Assembly (NCBI GenBank): GCA_963752805.1
Contig: CAVWAA010000010.1
Location: 73,450 to 137,449, forward strand
Length of the DNA stretch: 64,000 bases
Source: Candidatus Binataceae bacterium
GTDB taxonomy: Bacteria > Desulfobacterota > Binatia > Binatales > Binataceae
Direction: 5' to 3'
This document shows positions 36,606 to 44,225 of the stretch, in pieces. Position 1 is the stretch's first letter. Each line of letters begins with the position of its first letter. The translations under genes were made by a program, and so were the position numbers. The notes below the pieces were generated by a model. That model was not told the DNA's origin. It did not search any database and worked only from the letters and a program-made list of their open reading frames with translations.

Positions 36606-36989
36606 TCAGCGTCCTGCGGACAGGCGCCGCCATTTCAGCAACCGCCGACGGATAAAGTCAGGATTCAGTCCAAGGCAGTCGCAAGTTTCCGCAAAGGAAA
36701 AGAACGGACCGTTGTCGTATTCTCCGAAAATCCAGAAGTCTGCTTCCCGATATAACCGTTCGCGCAAGCCGGGAACGCAGTTTCCGTTAATGGCACTGAT
36801 CGTGGACACGGATTGCCAGCATTCGATAGCGTCCAGTAGAATCTGTTGCAGCATCCGCCTTTCCCCCTCGAAGTCCGCGAATTTGTGAAGCCGGTCAAGA
36901 AATTGCTCGGGCGTGAACAGATCAGGTGTGAAAGGCTTGTCGAAGTCGCTTATCGAATTGTCACCGTTCCAGATCTCACCTAGGCGCAT
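36606..36989 (-). CDS. Hypothetical protein (127 aa) in an AT-richer island occupying the chaperone/tape-measure slot
   Basis: Intact ORF with a strong SD (GCGGAGGTAAACATG). MRLGEIWNGDNSISDFDKPFTPDLFTPEQFLDRLHKF..LYREADFWIFGEYDNGPFFSFAETCDCLGLNPDFIRRRLLKWRRL. No family recognised. Composition visibly differs from neighbouring phage genes. Confidence 0.6.
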   Translation of the reverse strand: MRLGEIWNGDNSISDFDKPFTPDLFTPEQFLDRLHKFADFEGERRMLQQILLDAIECWQSVSTISAINGNCVPGLRERLYREADFWIFGEYDNGPFFSFAETCDCLGLNPDFIRRRLLKWRRLSAGR

Positions 36990-37198
36990 GTTTACCTCCG
37001 CAACGCCTATCGGCCTTAATAGGCATATTTCACAGGTCGTCCGGGTTCATATTCCGAGCAAGTTCACTGGCGCTCTTTTAAATCGAGCCGAGCTAAATCG
37101 TGCAGGCATTCGGCTCTTCGCCATTGGCTATTCGTGCTTAACGTATTCGGCCGAATGACCGCAGGTGTTCATCACTTCTTAGCTCATTCTTAACTCAT

Positions 37199-37720
37199 TC
37201 AAATCGCGCCGATGTTGGCGCGGAATTGCGCTAGCTGATCGACCCCGTTGACCACGTACATATTCGCCATCAGGTCGTACAGCAGGAACTGCACTCCCCC
37301 GATGTAGTATTCGCAATGATAGACCACCAGCGTGGTGGGGAAATCGACCTGCTCATGCTGCTTGAAGTTGAGCGGGCCGCCGTCTTTGAATTGCGCCGTC
37401 ATCAGTCCGATGAATGGCACTTCCGCGGTTCGCCCCTGCGAGGTGTACATCTCTTTCGATGCGCGAATCTGGAACTGATGCGACGCGAAAATCGACATAT
37501 TCGCCATCACTTCCTCGTACACGCTAATCCACTTGAGCTTGGCTTCGAGCTTGTCGATGCCCGCGGGAAACTCGCCGGTGCCGAACATCCCGAGGCCCTT
37601 GTGGTCAACCATCTTGGCCTTGGGGAAGGCCAGCTCCACCTCTTCGGCCCGGCCGAGCAGGGAAGAGCCGTCCATATAGATATTGGCGTTGGTGATGCGC
37701 GAGACGTTAATAAGTGCCAT
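37199..37720 (-). CDS. Major tail tube protein (P2 FII-like)
   Basis: MALINVSRITNANIYMDGSSLLGRAEEVELAFPKAKMVDHKGLGMFGTGEFPAGIDKLEAKLKW.. is the Phage_tube (FII) pattern. It lies directly downstream of the sheath gene. Confidence 0.85.
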   Translation of the reverse strand: MALINVSRITNANIYMDGSSLLGRAEEVELAFPKAKMVDHKGLGMFGTGEFPAGIDKLEAKLKWISVYEEVMANMSIFASHQFQIRASKEMYTSQGRTAEVPFIGLMTAQFKDGGPLNFKQHEQVDFPTTLVVYHCEYYIGGVQFLLYDLMANMYVVNGVDQLAQFRANIGAI

Positions 37721-37747
37721 TGCTTTGTTCCTTCCGGTCGGCTTATT

Positions 37748-37856
37748 CTGTCATTCTCGCGCGTCTGTCCTTGCCTGGCGCGCGAAGAATCCCGAAGACG
37801 CCAGTAGCGAAGACGCGGTGACCCTTCGCGGCAGCCACGCGAGGGTGACTGAGACA
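37748..37856. mobile_element. R-family element R4 (complete, between sheath and tube)
   Basis: ctgtcattctcgcgcgtctg..ggcgcgcgaagaatcccgaagacgc..gcgaagacgcggtgacccttcgcggcagccacgcgagggtgactgagaca. Confidence 0.8.
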
Positions 37857-37862
37857 AACGCC

Positions 37863-40034
37863 TCATCCAGTCGCGGCCGCCGTGGTTCCTGCGGTGCTCG
37901 CGGCCCCGGTCAGGGCCGACAGCAGGGTCGTGTCAATAAATACGTTGAAGGTCAGCCGCTCGGCCGGCGGCGGCGGCATGCAATCGATATCGAAGACCAG
38001 CTGCCCCGCGGCGATTTGCGATGGCGGATTTTCTGCTGGATTATAACTCGCGGTGCCTGCGACCAGCGCGCCGCGTCCGATCAGCACGCGGATAAAGCTG
38101 TTGACGCTGGCGAGAATCGTCGTGATCAGCGCGTTCGAAATCGGCTGGTCGAGGAACTGCATCATCGAGAGCATCACGCTCTGCTCGATCACGTCCATCG
38201 TGCGGCGAATCGGGATAAAGACGTCGGGCGTGGTGTAGGACGGAAAGCCCGCGCTGCGATTGCCCCACACCCGGATGCCGGTGCCGAAGGCCTGGAACGC
38301 AGTGAGTATTCCCTGGCTATTGAGCACATTGGTGTCGCTGGCCGAATCGATGAAGCTCGAATAAACCGAGACGTCAGGCCCGAGCACGCCGATAATCTGC
38401 GTATTCGACGGCGACCACCAGTATCCCTGCGCCAGGTCCTTGGCCGAGGTTGCGCCTGCGACCCACGGCGACAAAGGGCCCGCATGAGTGAGGTTGGCAA
38501 TCGTCTGAATCGCCTTGCCGGCGATTGGATCGACTCCGATTCCGGTCGGCACGATTCCGCTGTCGAGAAACAGTTGCTGCGGGCCGCAGAGGACCGCGCG
38601 CTTGTCGCTGGTATTGAACGAATTGCCCGAAGCGCCCCGATTCGAAAGCAACGTCGCCGGCGAGCTGCCCGCCGGACAATCGACGAAGTACATCGCGCGC
38701 ATCGCGACGGCCACCGCCGCCATCCCGGCCGCCACCGTCGCATCCTGCGATCCGGCCGTCTGCCCGGAGGCAACGTAAGCGCCAAAGCTCGGCGCGATCA
38801 GCAGCTTGGGAAAGAAACCCATCAGGCCGTAGCTGAGCTTCCAGCATTGCATCCCGGTGTAGACGTTGCCGGTGACATTGCCGACCAGGTCGCTGTCCGC
38901 CAGCTTGCTTGGGTCCGCATAATTGCAGCTAAGCTTGACGCTCTGTCCTGCGGTCAGCAGTCCGCCGCCGGTCGCAGTGATGACGCCGTTGACGCGGTCG
39001 ACAGTGAAGTCCGCGCCCTCGACGTAAGTGGTTGTTCCCGCCGAGTTGGTGAGCTTGATCGTGGACAGCCCCATGTGGCCGACGTTGATCGTCTGCGCTC
39101 CCGATGCCGGGAACGCATAGATGACTGCGGTGAGCGTCGAGTAATGTTTGGTCTGGTCGAAGACGTTGACCGTTATCGCCTGCCCCGCGCCCTGCGCGAA
39201 GACCTGATTGAGCGCATAGGGAATCGTGAAGCCCTGAATCAGCGGGCCGAAGGTGCCTGACTGTCCCGGCGCCAGCGAGTTCGGATTCGACCCCGCCACC
39301 AGCATGGGGGTCTGGAGATTTGCAATCGGCCCCTTTGCTGTGAGCGTCCAGGTGATGCTGCCGGTCGCCGTGGCGATAGTGTCGGTCGCTGTGTTGCCGA
39401 CGATTGTTGCCCAGGTCGGCGCCGCCGTGGCGCTGGTTATCGCCGCCTTGCCGATAGCGACTAAGGTCCAAGTGACCGTGCCATCGACGACCGTCGCGCC
39501 GAGCGCGGTCGGCCATACCGGCCCTGCGCCGGTAGTTCCTGCGGTAGTGCAGCGCTGCGTATTGCCGTTGGTATCGAGCACCAGGTTGCCGGCCACATAC
39601 GCGGTTGTCGCGGCCCAGTTCGGCAGCGTGATCGCAGTCGCGGTCTGGATATTGCCGTTGCTGTCGATACATTGCTGGCCAGCCGCCGCGCCGATCGCGA
39701 CCAGCGTCCAGACCGTGGTGCCGTCATTCGTAGTAGCGCCGAGTGTGCGCGCCCAAGCCGGCGTCGTAGTGCCGGTGGTGCCGGCGGTGGTGCATTTCTG
39801 AGTATTGCCGTTCGCATCGACGATCAGATTGCCGACGAGTTCTGCGGTTGAAGCGCTCCAGGCCGGAGCCGCCTGCACCAGCCAGGACAAATCCCATAGC
39901 GGCAAGGCGCCGGGGACGGCAAACAGGGGAGCCGATCCGACCAGCCCGATGACCGCGGAGTTGACGACATTGATCGGAACCGGTCCGAGATTGAACTCGA
40001 AGACCTCGACCCCGTGGAGGAAACTAGCTGGCAT
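37863..40034 (-). CDS. Contractile tail sheath protein with a ~195-aa repeat insertion near the N-terminus
   Basis: MPASFLHGVEVFEF..VIGLVGSAP start. C-terminal ..GIRVWGNRSAGFPSYTTPDVFIPIRRTMDVIEQSVMLSMMQFLDQPISNALITTILASVNSFIRVLIGRGALVAG..AGQLVFDIDCMPPPPAERLTF is the sheath C-domain pattern. Residues ~41-236 are 3-4 copies of a G.L..D.NGN.Q.CTTAGTTG..P.W....GAT..DGTV.WTLVA motif. Confidence 0.85.
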   Translation of the reverse strand: MPASFLHGVEVFEFNLGPVPINVVNSAVIGLVGSAPLFAVPGALPLWDLSWLVQAAPAWSASTAELVGNLIVDANGNTQKCTTAGTTGTTTPAWARTLGATTNDGTTVWTLVAIGAAAGQQCIDSNGNIQTATAITLPNWAATTAYVAGNLVLDTNGNTQRCTTAGTTGAGPVWPTALGATVVDGTVTWTLVAIGKAAITSATAAPTWATIVGNTATDTIATATGSITWTLTAKGPIANLQTPMLVAGSNPNSLAPGQSGTFGPLIQGFTIPYALNQVFAQGAGQAITVNVFDQTKHYSTLTAVIYAFPASGAQTINVGHMGLSTIKLTNSAGTTTYVEGADFTVDRVNGVITATGGGLLTAGQSVKLSCNYADPSKLADSDLVGNVTGNVYTGMQCWKLSYGLMGFFPKLLIAPSFGAYVASGQTAGSQDATVAAGMAAVAVAMRAMYFVDCPAGSSPATLLSNRGASGNSFNTSDKRAVLCGPQQLFLDSGIVPTGIGVDPIAGKAIQTIANLTHAGPLSPWVAGATSAKDLAQGYWWSPSNTQIIGVLGPDVSVYSSFIDSASDTNVLNSQGILTAFQAFGTGIRVWGNRSAGFPSYTTPDVFIPIRRTMDVIEQSVMLSMMQFLDQPISNALITTILASVNSFIRVLIGRGALVAGTASYNPAENPPSQIAAGQLVFDIDCMPPPPAERLTFNVFIDTTLLSALTGAASTAGTTAAATG

Positions 40035-40053
40035 TGTGTTTCACCGCCTCCTG

Positions 40054-40144
40054 TGTCACCCCGAGCCCAGCGAGGGGTCCAGGCAAATCGCTTCGCGTTG
40101 ATCCCTCGTCGCCTCGCTGGCGCTCTGGCTCTGTCGGGATGACA
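40054..40144. mobile_element. MITE-like element M4a (internally deleted, ~90 bp)
   Basis: tgtcaccccgagcccagcgaggggtcc..cgcttcgcgttgatccctcgtcgcctcgctggcgctctggctctgtcgggatgaca. Confidence 0.75.
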
Positions 40145-40158
40145 GAAGGGGCAAGAGC

Positions 40159-40326
40159 GTCACCCCGAGCGAAGCCGAGGGGTCAACGCGAAGCGGTTCA
40201 ATGCGCGATACGCGCTCTTGCGACGGTCCGTTTGAACCAGCAGGGTGCCGGTTCGAATTGTTTTGTGGCTCACCCGGCATCATGCTTCCGCTCCGCGTTG
40301 ATTCCTCGGCTGCGCTCGGAATGACA
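40159..40326. mobile_element. MITE-like element M4b (full length)
   Basis: gtcaccccgagcgaagccgaggggtcaacgcgaagcggttcaatg..gtttgaaccagcagggtgccggttcgaattg..gattcctcggctgcgctcggaatgaca. Confidence 0.85.
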
Positions 40327-40336
40327 GAACAAAAGC

Positions 40337-40552
40337 TCAATAGCGAAAATTGTAGTTATGCCCCCCGACGCCCGGAAAAATCCCGATGCACCCCAGAAAC
40401 CACAGCAACACCAGCAGCCCGACCAGGAGCTTGATCAGCACCCAGACTGGCGGCGGCAGAATCAGCAGCGAGGCGAAGGCCACCTGGACGATGTAGAAGA
40501 CGATCGTCAGCACAATCGCGATGATGATCAGGCCGATCAGACATTCAATCAT
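40337..40552 (-). CDS. Small two-TM membrane protein (holin candidate)
   Basis: MIECLIGLIIIAIVLTIVFYIVQVAFASLLILPPPVWVLIKLLVGLLVLLWFLGCIGIF.. The start follows GGAGCGAATTAAAA from repeat C4. Located in the lysis region between the head and tail modules. Confidence 0.45.
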   Translation of the reverse strand: MIECLIGLIIIAIVLTIVFYIVQVAFASLLILPPPVWVLIKLLVGLLVLLWFLGCIGIFPGVGGHNYNFRY

Positions 40553-40635
40553 TTTTAATTCGCTCCGCTTCGCTCCGCCGTGCGCACGTCGCAGACTCCT
40601 TTGCTCGCTACGCGCGCGGACGCGCTCCGCTAGTG
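40553..40635. repeat. C-module copy C4 (short form)
   Basis: tttttaattcgctccgcttcgctccgccgtgcgcacgtcgcagactcctttgctcgctacgcgcgcgg..gctccgctagtg; abuts the ATG at 40552. Confidence 0.85.
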
Positions 40636-40651
40636 TTTAAATCCGCTCTTT

Positions 40652-40678
40652 AGTGGCACAGGCTTTAGCCTGTGATTC
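40652..40678. repeat. Twin-hairpin element H8 (single arm)
   Basis: agtggcacaggctttagcctgtg. Confidence 0.75.
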
Positions 40679-40682
40679 TTCT

Positions 40683-41168
40683 TCACGAGATGAACCTCAA
40701 TGCGATGCTCACCGCTAATGCGACCAGCCATGCGACCGCGGTGACTGCCCAAATCCGGCCCTGCAGGTTCGCCTGGTTGTTTTCAAGCGCGCCGATGCGG
40801 TCGCTCAGGACGTTGCGCTCGCGGTCGCTGGCATCCCGCCCCGCGTAGAATTTCTCCTCCATCGACCGGATCAACGCTGTCGCCTCAGACCGCGGCATCA
40901 GCATCTTGGCCTGGTCATCGAGCTGGCCGCGGAACTCATTGCTGCGTTCGTTGTATGCGCGCTGTGCCTCTTCGGACTTCACGATCGCCTTTTCATTCGC
41001 CACGAAGGCCAGTGCCACTGCTTCCCTTTGCGCACTCACCGCCGCCTGCATCGCGAGGTCGGCCGCCCGGAAGCGGGCGTCGTATTGCCGGTCGCGCTCA
41101 TCGAGCAGCCGCTCGAGGAACTCGCGCAGGCCGACTGACGGCGCATCAGCCATAGGCGCATCAGTCAT
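40683..41168 (-). CDS. Coiled-coil protein with a C-terminal TM anchor (lysis-cassette associated, unknown role)
   Basis: ..FLERLLDERDRQYDARFRAADLAMQAAV..NERSNEFRGQLDDQAKMLMPRSE..LENNQANLQGRIWAVTAVAWLVALAVSIALRFIS. Intact 161-aa ORF. Confidence 0.5.
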   Translation of the reverse strand: MTDAPMADAPSVGLREFLERLLDERDRQYDARFRAADLAMQAAVSAQREAVALAFVANEKAIVKSEEAQRAYNERSNEFRGQLDDQAKMLMPRSEATALIRSMEEKFYAGRDASDRERNVLSDRIGALENNQANLQGRIWAVTAVAWLVALAVSIALRFIS

Positions 41169-41176
41169 AGATTTTC

Positions 41177-41194
41177 GACGGAATAAATTCCGTC
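41177..41194. repeat. Palindrome element P8 (one mismatch)
   Basis: gacggaataaattccgtc; just upstream of the ATG at 41168. Confidence 0.7.
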
Positions 41195-41204
41195 CTGCCC
41201 TCCT

Positions 41205-41605
41205 TTAAGTGGCACAGGCTTCAGCCTGTGTCTTCTCATACGCGGCCAGCCAGCGCGCCAGATATTCCGGGTTGCGCTTGCCTTCGACGAATACTGCCTG
41301 CTCGCCGAGGTTCCACGCCTGCACGATCAAATCGCGCTCGTCCTGGTCCGCATTCAGCCATAGATGCGTCCGCAGAAACGTCGCGCACGCTTTGATAAAT
41401 GCGGTGGTCCAGGTGTCGTCAGTGGCGGGCGGGAAGCGCAGAACGGCGATGTAAAATCGTTTGAAGGTCGCCGGATGCATCTGCAGTAAGCCGAACGACT
41501 TGGCCTCCATCTCCAATCCTGTATTCGTCCTCGTTTGATTCGATGATCGCGAACGCGCGGACTTCGTCTGCGTACTCACCTGCGATGCTGTAGTTAATCG
41601 CAATA
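41205..41605 (-). pseudogene. Lytic transglycosylase (SLT-like) endolysin, frameshifted near 41510
   Basis: IPIAINYSIAGEYADEVRAFAIIESNEDEYRIGDGG (track ORF 41419..41784 frame; catalytic-Glu context IIES), then AKSFGLLQMHPATFKRFY.. (track ORF 41205..41651 frame; GLLQM motif). The 5' end abuts palindrome copy P9. Confidence 0.5.
41208..41234. repeat. Twin-hairpin element H9 (single arm)
   Basis: agtggcacaggcttcagcctgtg. Confidence 0.75.
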
Positions 41606-41635
41606 GGTATGGCGGAATTAATTCCGTCCTCCTCA
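41606..41635. repeat. Palindrome element P9
   Basis: ggtatggcggaattaattccgtcctcctca; at the 5' edge of the transglycosylase remnant. Confidence 0.85.
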
Positions 41636-41696
41636 TCGTCCACAGATCCACTTGCCTCCGCTACTTCGTCGCGTCGCGCCACAGCCCACGGACAGG

Positions 41697-41894
41697 TCAA
41701 TTGCGCGAGTACCTGGCGCCAACCATTCGCTTGCGCATTGGCACTACCCTCGCACGCTTTTTCTGCGGCTGCCGCCGCTTCCAACTCTCAACGGCAAAGC
41801 ACAGCGAGTAGCCGGCGCCGATAGCGGCGAGCATAATGCCCGAGGAGGACGGAATTAATTCCGTAATACGGCCCATCAGAAAATCAGTGCTCAC
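41697..41894 (-). other. Small ORF interrupted by a palindrome element; Gly/Ala-rich TM segment (possible signal-anchor or holin fragment)
   Basis: GTG 41894 (after GGAGCGAATTAAAATC of C5): MSTDFLMGRITELIPSSSGIMLAAIGAGYSLCFAV.. Residues ITELIPSS are encoded by P10. A second frame continues ELEAAAAAEKACEGSANAQANGWRQVLAQ.. toward the transglycosylase. Confidence 0.25.
41842..41870. repeat. Palindrome element P10
   Basis: gaggaggacggaattaattccgtaatacg; inside the small ORF 41697..41894. Confidence 0.85.
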
Positions 41895-41998
41895 GATTTT
41901 AATTCGCTCCGCCTACGCTCCGCTATGCGCACGTCCAGTAGGCCCTTACGGCCGTTCGGCAGACTCTTTTGTTCGGCTCCGCTTCGCTCCGCCTAGTG
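41895..41998. repeat. C-module copy C5 (long form)
   Basis: gattttaattcgctccgcctacgctccgctatgcgcacgtccagtaggcccttacggccgttcggcagactcttttgttcggctccgcttcgctccgcctagtg; abuts the GTG at 41894. Confidence 0.9.
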
Positions 41999-42001
41999 CC
42001 C

Positions 42002-42032
42002 GGTATGGACGGAATTAATTCCGTCCTCCTGA
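42002..42032. repeat. Palindrome element P11
   Basis: ggtatggacggaattaattccgtcctcctga; provides the stop of ORF 42015..42362. Confidence 0.9.
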
Positions 42033-42362
42033 GAATGCTGCATAGTCGAGCACCAGCGGATCATCAGCCGGCACCGTGACATGGTCGCCCGGCAGGATTG
42101 CGCGCCAGGCAGTCGCATACGCCTTGCGCCAGCCGAGCCCGTCAGCGGTCATCGATGGGCCGAAGTAAATCGCGTCGGGCGGGAGCTGCGTCAACGGCAT
42201 CGGATAGGTCACGACGCTCAGCCAGCAGGGCTTGTCGATGCTCGGGACGCGATAGAGGTCGCGGCTCCTCGAGTAGAGAATAGTAACCAGCCTTGTCCCC
42301 TTCCGGTTGCCTCTCCCCCTCGGGAGAGGTCGCCGTGCTTTGCGCGGCGGGTGAGGGACCAC
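42015..42362 (-). CDS. Hypothetical protein; the 5' ~25 codons are repeat-derived
   Basis: ..TILYSRSRDLYRVPSIDKPCWLSVVTYPMPLTQLPPDAIYFGPSMTADGLGWRKAYATAWRAILPGDHVTVPADDPLVLDYAAF. The N-terminal PPRKARRPLPRGRG is read from G-type element G4, and the stop lies in palindrome copy P11. Confidence 0.35.
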   Translation of the reverse strand: MVPHPPRKARRPLPRGRGNRKGTRLVTILYSRSRDLYRVPSIDKPCWLSVVTYPMPLTQLPPDAIYFGPSMTADGLGWRKAYATAWRAILPGDHVTVPADDPLVLDYAAFSGGRN

Positions 42363-42519
42363 CAGAAAGATTTTCGACTGTGCTTTTAGCCACGTTATGT
42401 TCTCTCTTTTCTCTCAGTGGGTTCCCGCTGGTCCGGGTTTCGATCCGTCGATTCGCCTGGCGGTCCCTCATCCGCGCCGGCTTCGCCTGCGCGAACTCTC
42501 CCGACTGGGAGAGGCATTT
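42306..42519. mobile_element. G-type TIR element G4
   Basis: Left ttgcctctccccctcgggagaggtcgccgtgctttgcgcggcgggtgagggacc; right ggtccctcatccgcgccggcttcgcctgcgcgaactctcccgactgggagaggcattt. Confidence 0.8.
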
Positions 42520-42701
42520 CGGACGTCGCCTCGAATGCTTGTCTCAAGCCCTGCAATTCGACCCATGCTTCTTCTAATCCCGGCGTCCACCGGCAGCGTC
42601 GCGATAATCCTTGACCAGCTCGTCGTCGATACTGACGCTCTTGCTGCCGCGACTATGCTGCGGCCCGAACGCGGCGATCCGGTAGTAGCTGCGGCCGCGC
42701 A

Positions 42702-42863
42702 TCACGCAGGGCAGACCAGGCCCGGCCGATGCCATTCCAGAGGTACCGGCAGCGGATGCTTATCGACGCCGAGCCACAGGCCGCGCTCGCGTCCGGCACC
42801 GGTGACGGCATAGAATTGCCCGCCCGCACTGAGAATGACTTCCACTTCGGCTTGCTCACCCAT
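42702..42863 (-). CDS. Hypothetical small protein (53 aa), possibly the 5' part of a frameshifted gene
   Basis: Own translation from ATG 42863: MGEQAEVEVILSAGGQFYAVTGAGRERGLWLGVDKHPLPVPLEWHRPGLVCPA. A second frame continues MRGRSYYRIAAFGPQHSRGSKSVSIDDELVKDY... Confidence 0.25.
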   Translation of the reverse strand: MGEQAEVEVILSAGGQFYAVTGAGRERGLWLGVDKHPLPVPLEWHRPGLVCPA

Positions 42864-42905
42864 AAGTCGGATGCCTCTCTGTCATTCCTCTCGTCATTCT
42901 CGGGC

Positions 42906-42934
42906 GGTATGACGGAATTAATTCCGTCCTCCTA
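42906..42934. repeat. Palindrome element P12
   Basis: ggtatgacggaattaattccgtcctccta; its TAA (42918-42920, minus strand) terminates the upstream gene. Confidence 0.9.
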
Positions 42935-43237
42935 CCTGCAGGATCTCAGGCGGCTGCTTGTTGAGCATCTCGGTCAGTCCCGCCAGCAGGATCTTCGCCA
43001 CCTCCAGATTCGGCACGTCGAGAGTCGCCTCGCCGATTACCGTGGGACCGCCGGCGAGACGCGGATGAGATTAATGCCGAAAATTTGCATATCCGCTGCC
43101 TGCGCCTGCACCAGCGGCACGTGCATCGCGTAGAGCTTGTAGCGCCTGCGGCCGTTGGCATAATCGTCGCGCACCCAGGAGCTGGTAACCATCGCGGCCG
43201 CGGGCACCGGTGGGGCTCCATTCTTGGTGATATCCAT
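42918..43237 (-). pseudogene. Hypothetical head-tail region protein, frameshifted at a CCGGCGG run; stop codon supplied by a palindrome element
   Basis: MDITKNGAPPVPAAAMVTSSWVRDDYANGRRRYKLYAMHVPLVQAQAADMQIFGINLIRVSP, then (own translation, other frame) GGPTVIGEATLDVPNLEVAKILLAGLTEMLNKQPPEILQVGGRN, ending at the TAA inside GGACGGAATTAA of P12. Confidence 0.35.
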
Positions 43238-43340
43238 GATTCTTAATGGCTCCGATTACGCTCCGCTGTGCGCACGTCCAATAGGCCCTTACGGGCCGTT
43301 CGGCAGACTCCTTTGCTCGGCTCCGCTTCGCTCCGCCTAG
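43238..43340. repeat. C-module copy C6 (long form)
   Basis: gattcttaatggctccgattacgctccgctgtgcgcacgtccaataggcccttacgggccgttcggcagactcctttgctcggctccgcttcgctccgcctag; fills the whole gap between the gp37-like stop and the ATG at 43237. Confidence 0.9.
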
Positions 43341-43342
43341 AG

Positions 43343-44221
43343 TCAGTTATTCGGTGCGAACGGGACGCTGCCGCCGCTTGCTAATGCGGTCACTACGTCG
43401 CTGTACGCATAGCTGACCGCGACCGTCGCGCCGCTCGGGATTCCGCCGCTTGCATTCCGCATAATAATTCCGTTCACCCTATCCACTGAGTAGTCACTGC
43501 TCGCGATGTAGGTAGTGGCAAGGTCCGCGCTCTTGACGATCACCGCCGAAATATTTTGCTGCGGCAGGGTGATGCTACCCGGTGTTCCGGCGAACGTCAG
43601 TAAGACGGAATTAATTCCGTCCTCCTCTCCGACCTGTACTGCGGTCACGCCCGCCTCTTCCTGCGCCGTGCCCTTGATGAACAGCGGATAGTTGGGTAGC
43701 TGATAATTCTCGATTACGACCGTACGGGTGGCGAAGATGATCTCGTAGACCCAGACACCGCCCTGCCTATCGCGGTCGACGAAGCGTTCGCGGATTGCCT
43801 TCATCGGGGTGCATCCGGTATTCACCTGAAAGCCCAGCAGGGCGAGTCTGATCGCTTCCAGAATCTGGTAGGCCCCCGGACTCGTGCCGCTCGGCTGTCC
43901 GCCGAACGCCCACCCCAAATCACGAATCCGGAGGCCTACCGCAAACTCAAGCGTGCGCTCCTGCGCGACGTGGCCGATATCGAGAATTTCGCCGTAGTCG
44001 CCGCCCATATAGATGACCATCGCGACCCCGATGCGATGGCGCATTTCGTAGGCTTCGGGCTTGTCGGGGAAGTGGATGACTTCGATCATCTGCGATCCGA
44101 GCGCAGCGCCGAGATAAGTCTGCAACTGGGCGACAATCGCAGCCTCGATCGCCGCGATATCGAGCGGAGTGGCCGGACTGAAGGTCTGCCCGGTCCAGGG
44201 ACTATCAAGAAATGCTACCAT
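43343..44221 (-). CDS. Mu gp37-like protein (DUF1834) fused through an in-frame palindrome element to an extra C-terminal domain
   Basis: MVAFLDSPW..LDIAAIEAAIVAQLQTYLG..IEVIHFPDKPEAYEMRHRIGVAMVIYMGGDYG.. is the gp37 pattern (~195 aa). It is followed by VGEEDGINSVLL (P13) and an ~80-aa domain, ..YIASSDYSVDRVNGIIMRNASGGIPSGATVAVSYAY, resembling the sheath segment YVEGADFTVDRVNGVITATGGGLLTAGQSVKLSCNYA. Confidence 0.65.
   Translation of the reverse strand: MVAFLDSPWTGQTFSPATPLDIAAIEAAIVAQLQTYLGAALGSQMIEVIHFPDKPEAYEMRHRIGVAMVIYMGGDYGEILDIGHVAQERTLEFAVGLRIRDLGWAFGGQPSGTSPGAYQILEAIRLALLGFQVNTGCTPMKAIRERFVDRDRQGGVWVYEIIFATRTVVIENYQLPNYPLFIKGTAQEEAGVTAVQVGEEDGINSVLLTFAGTPGSITLPQQNISAVIVKSADLATTYIASSDYSVDRVNGIIMRNASGGIPSGATVAVSYAYSDVVTALASGGSVPFAPNN
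43599..43628. repeat. Palindrome element P13, in frame inside the gp37-like ORF
   Basis: agtaagacggaattaattccgtcctcctct; read as EEDGINSVLL. Confidence 0.9.
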
Positions 44222-44225
44222 CTCA

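Noticed and set aside
16388-40034. Diversity-generating retroelement acting on the fibre or repeat motifs
   Set aside because: No reverse transcriptase ORF is present in the window. No template/variable repeat pair with adenine-specific mismatches was seen. The repeated protein motifs differ at all codon positions like ordinary paralogues.
25830-43000. ORFs beginning MTELIPSS.. or containing ..DGINSV.., treated as a conserved protein family
   Set aside because: The shared peptide is just the translation of the palindrome element in its open frames. Flanking sequences are unrelated.
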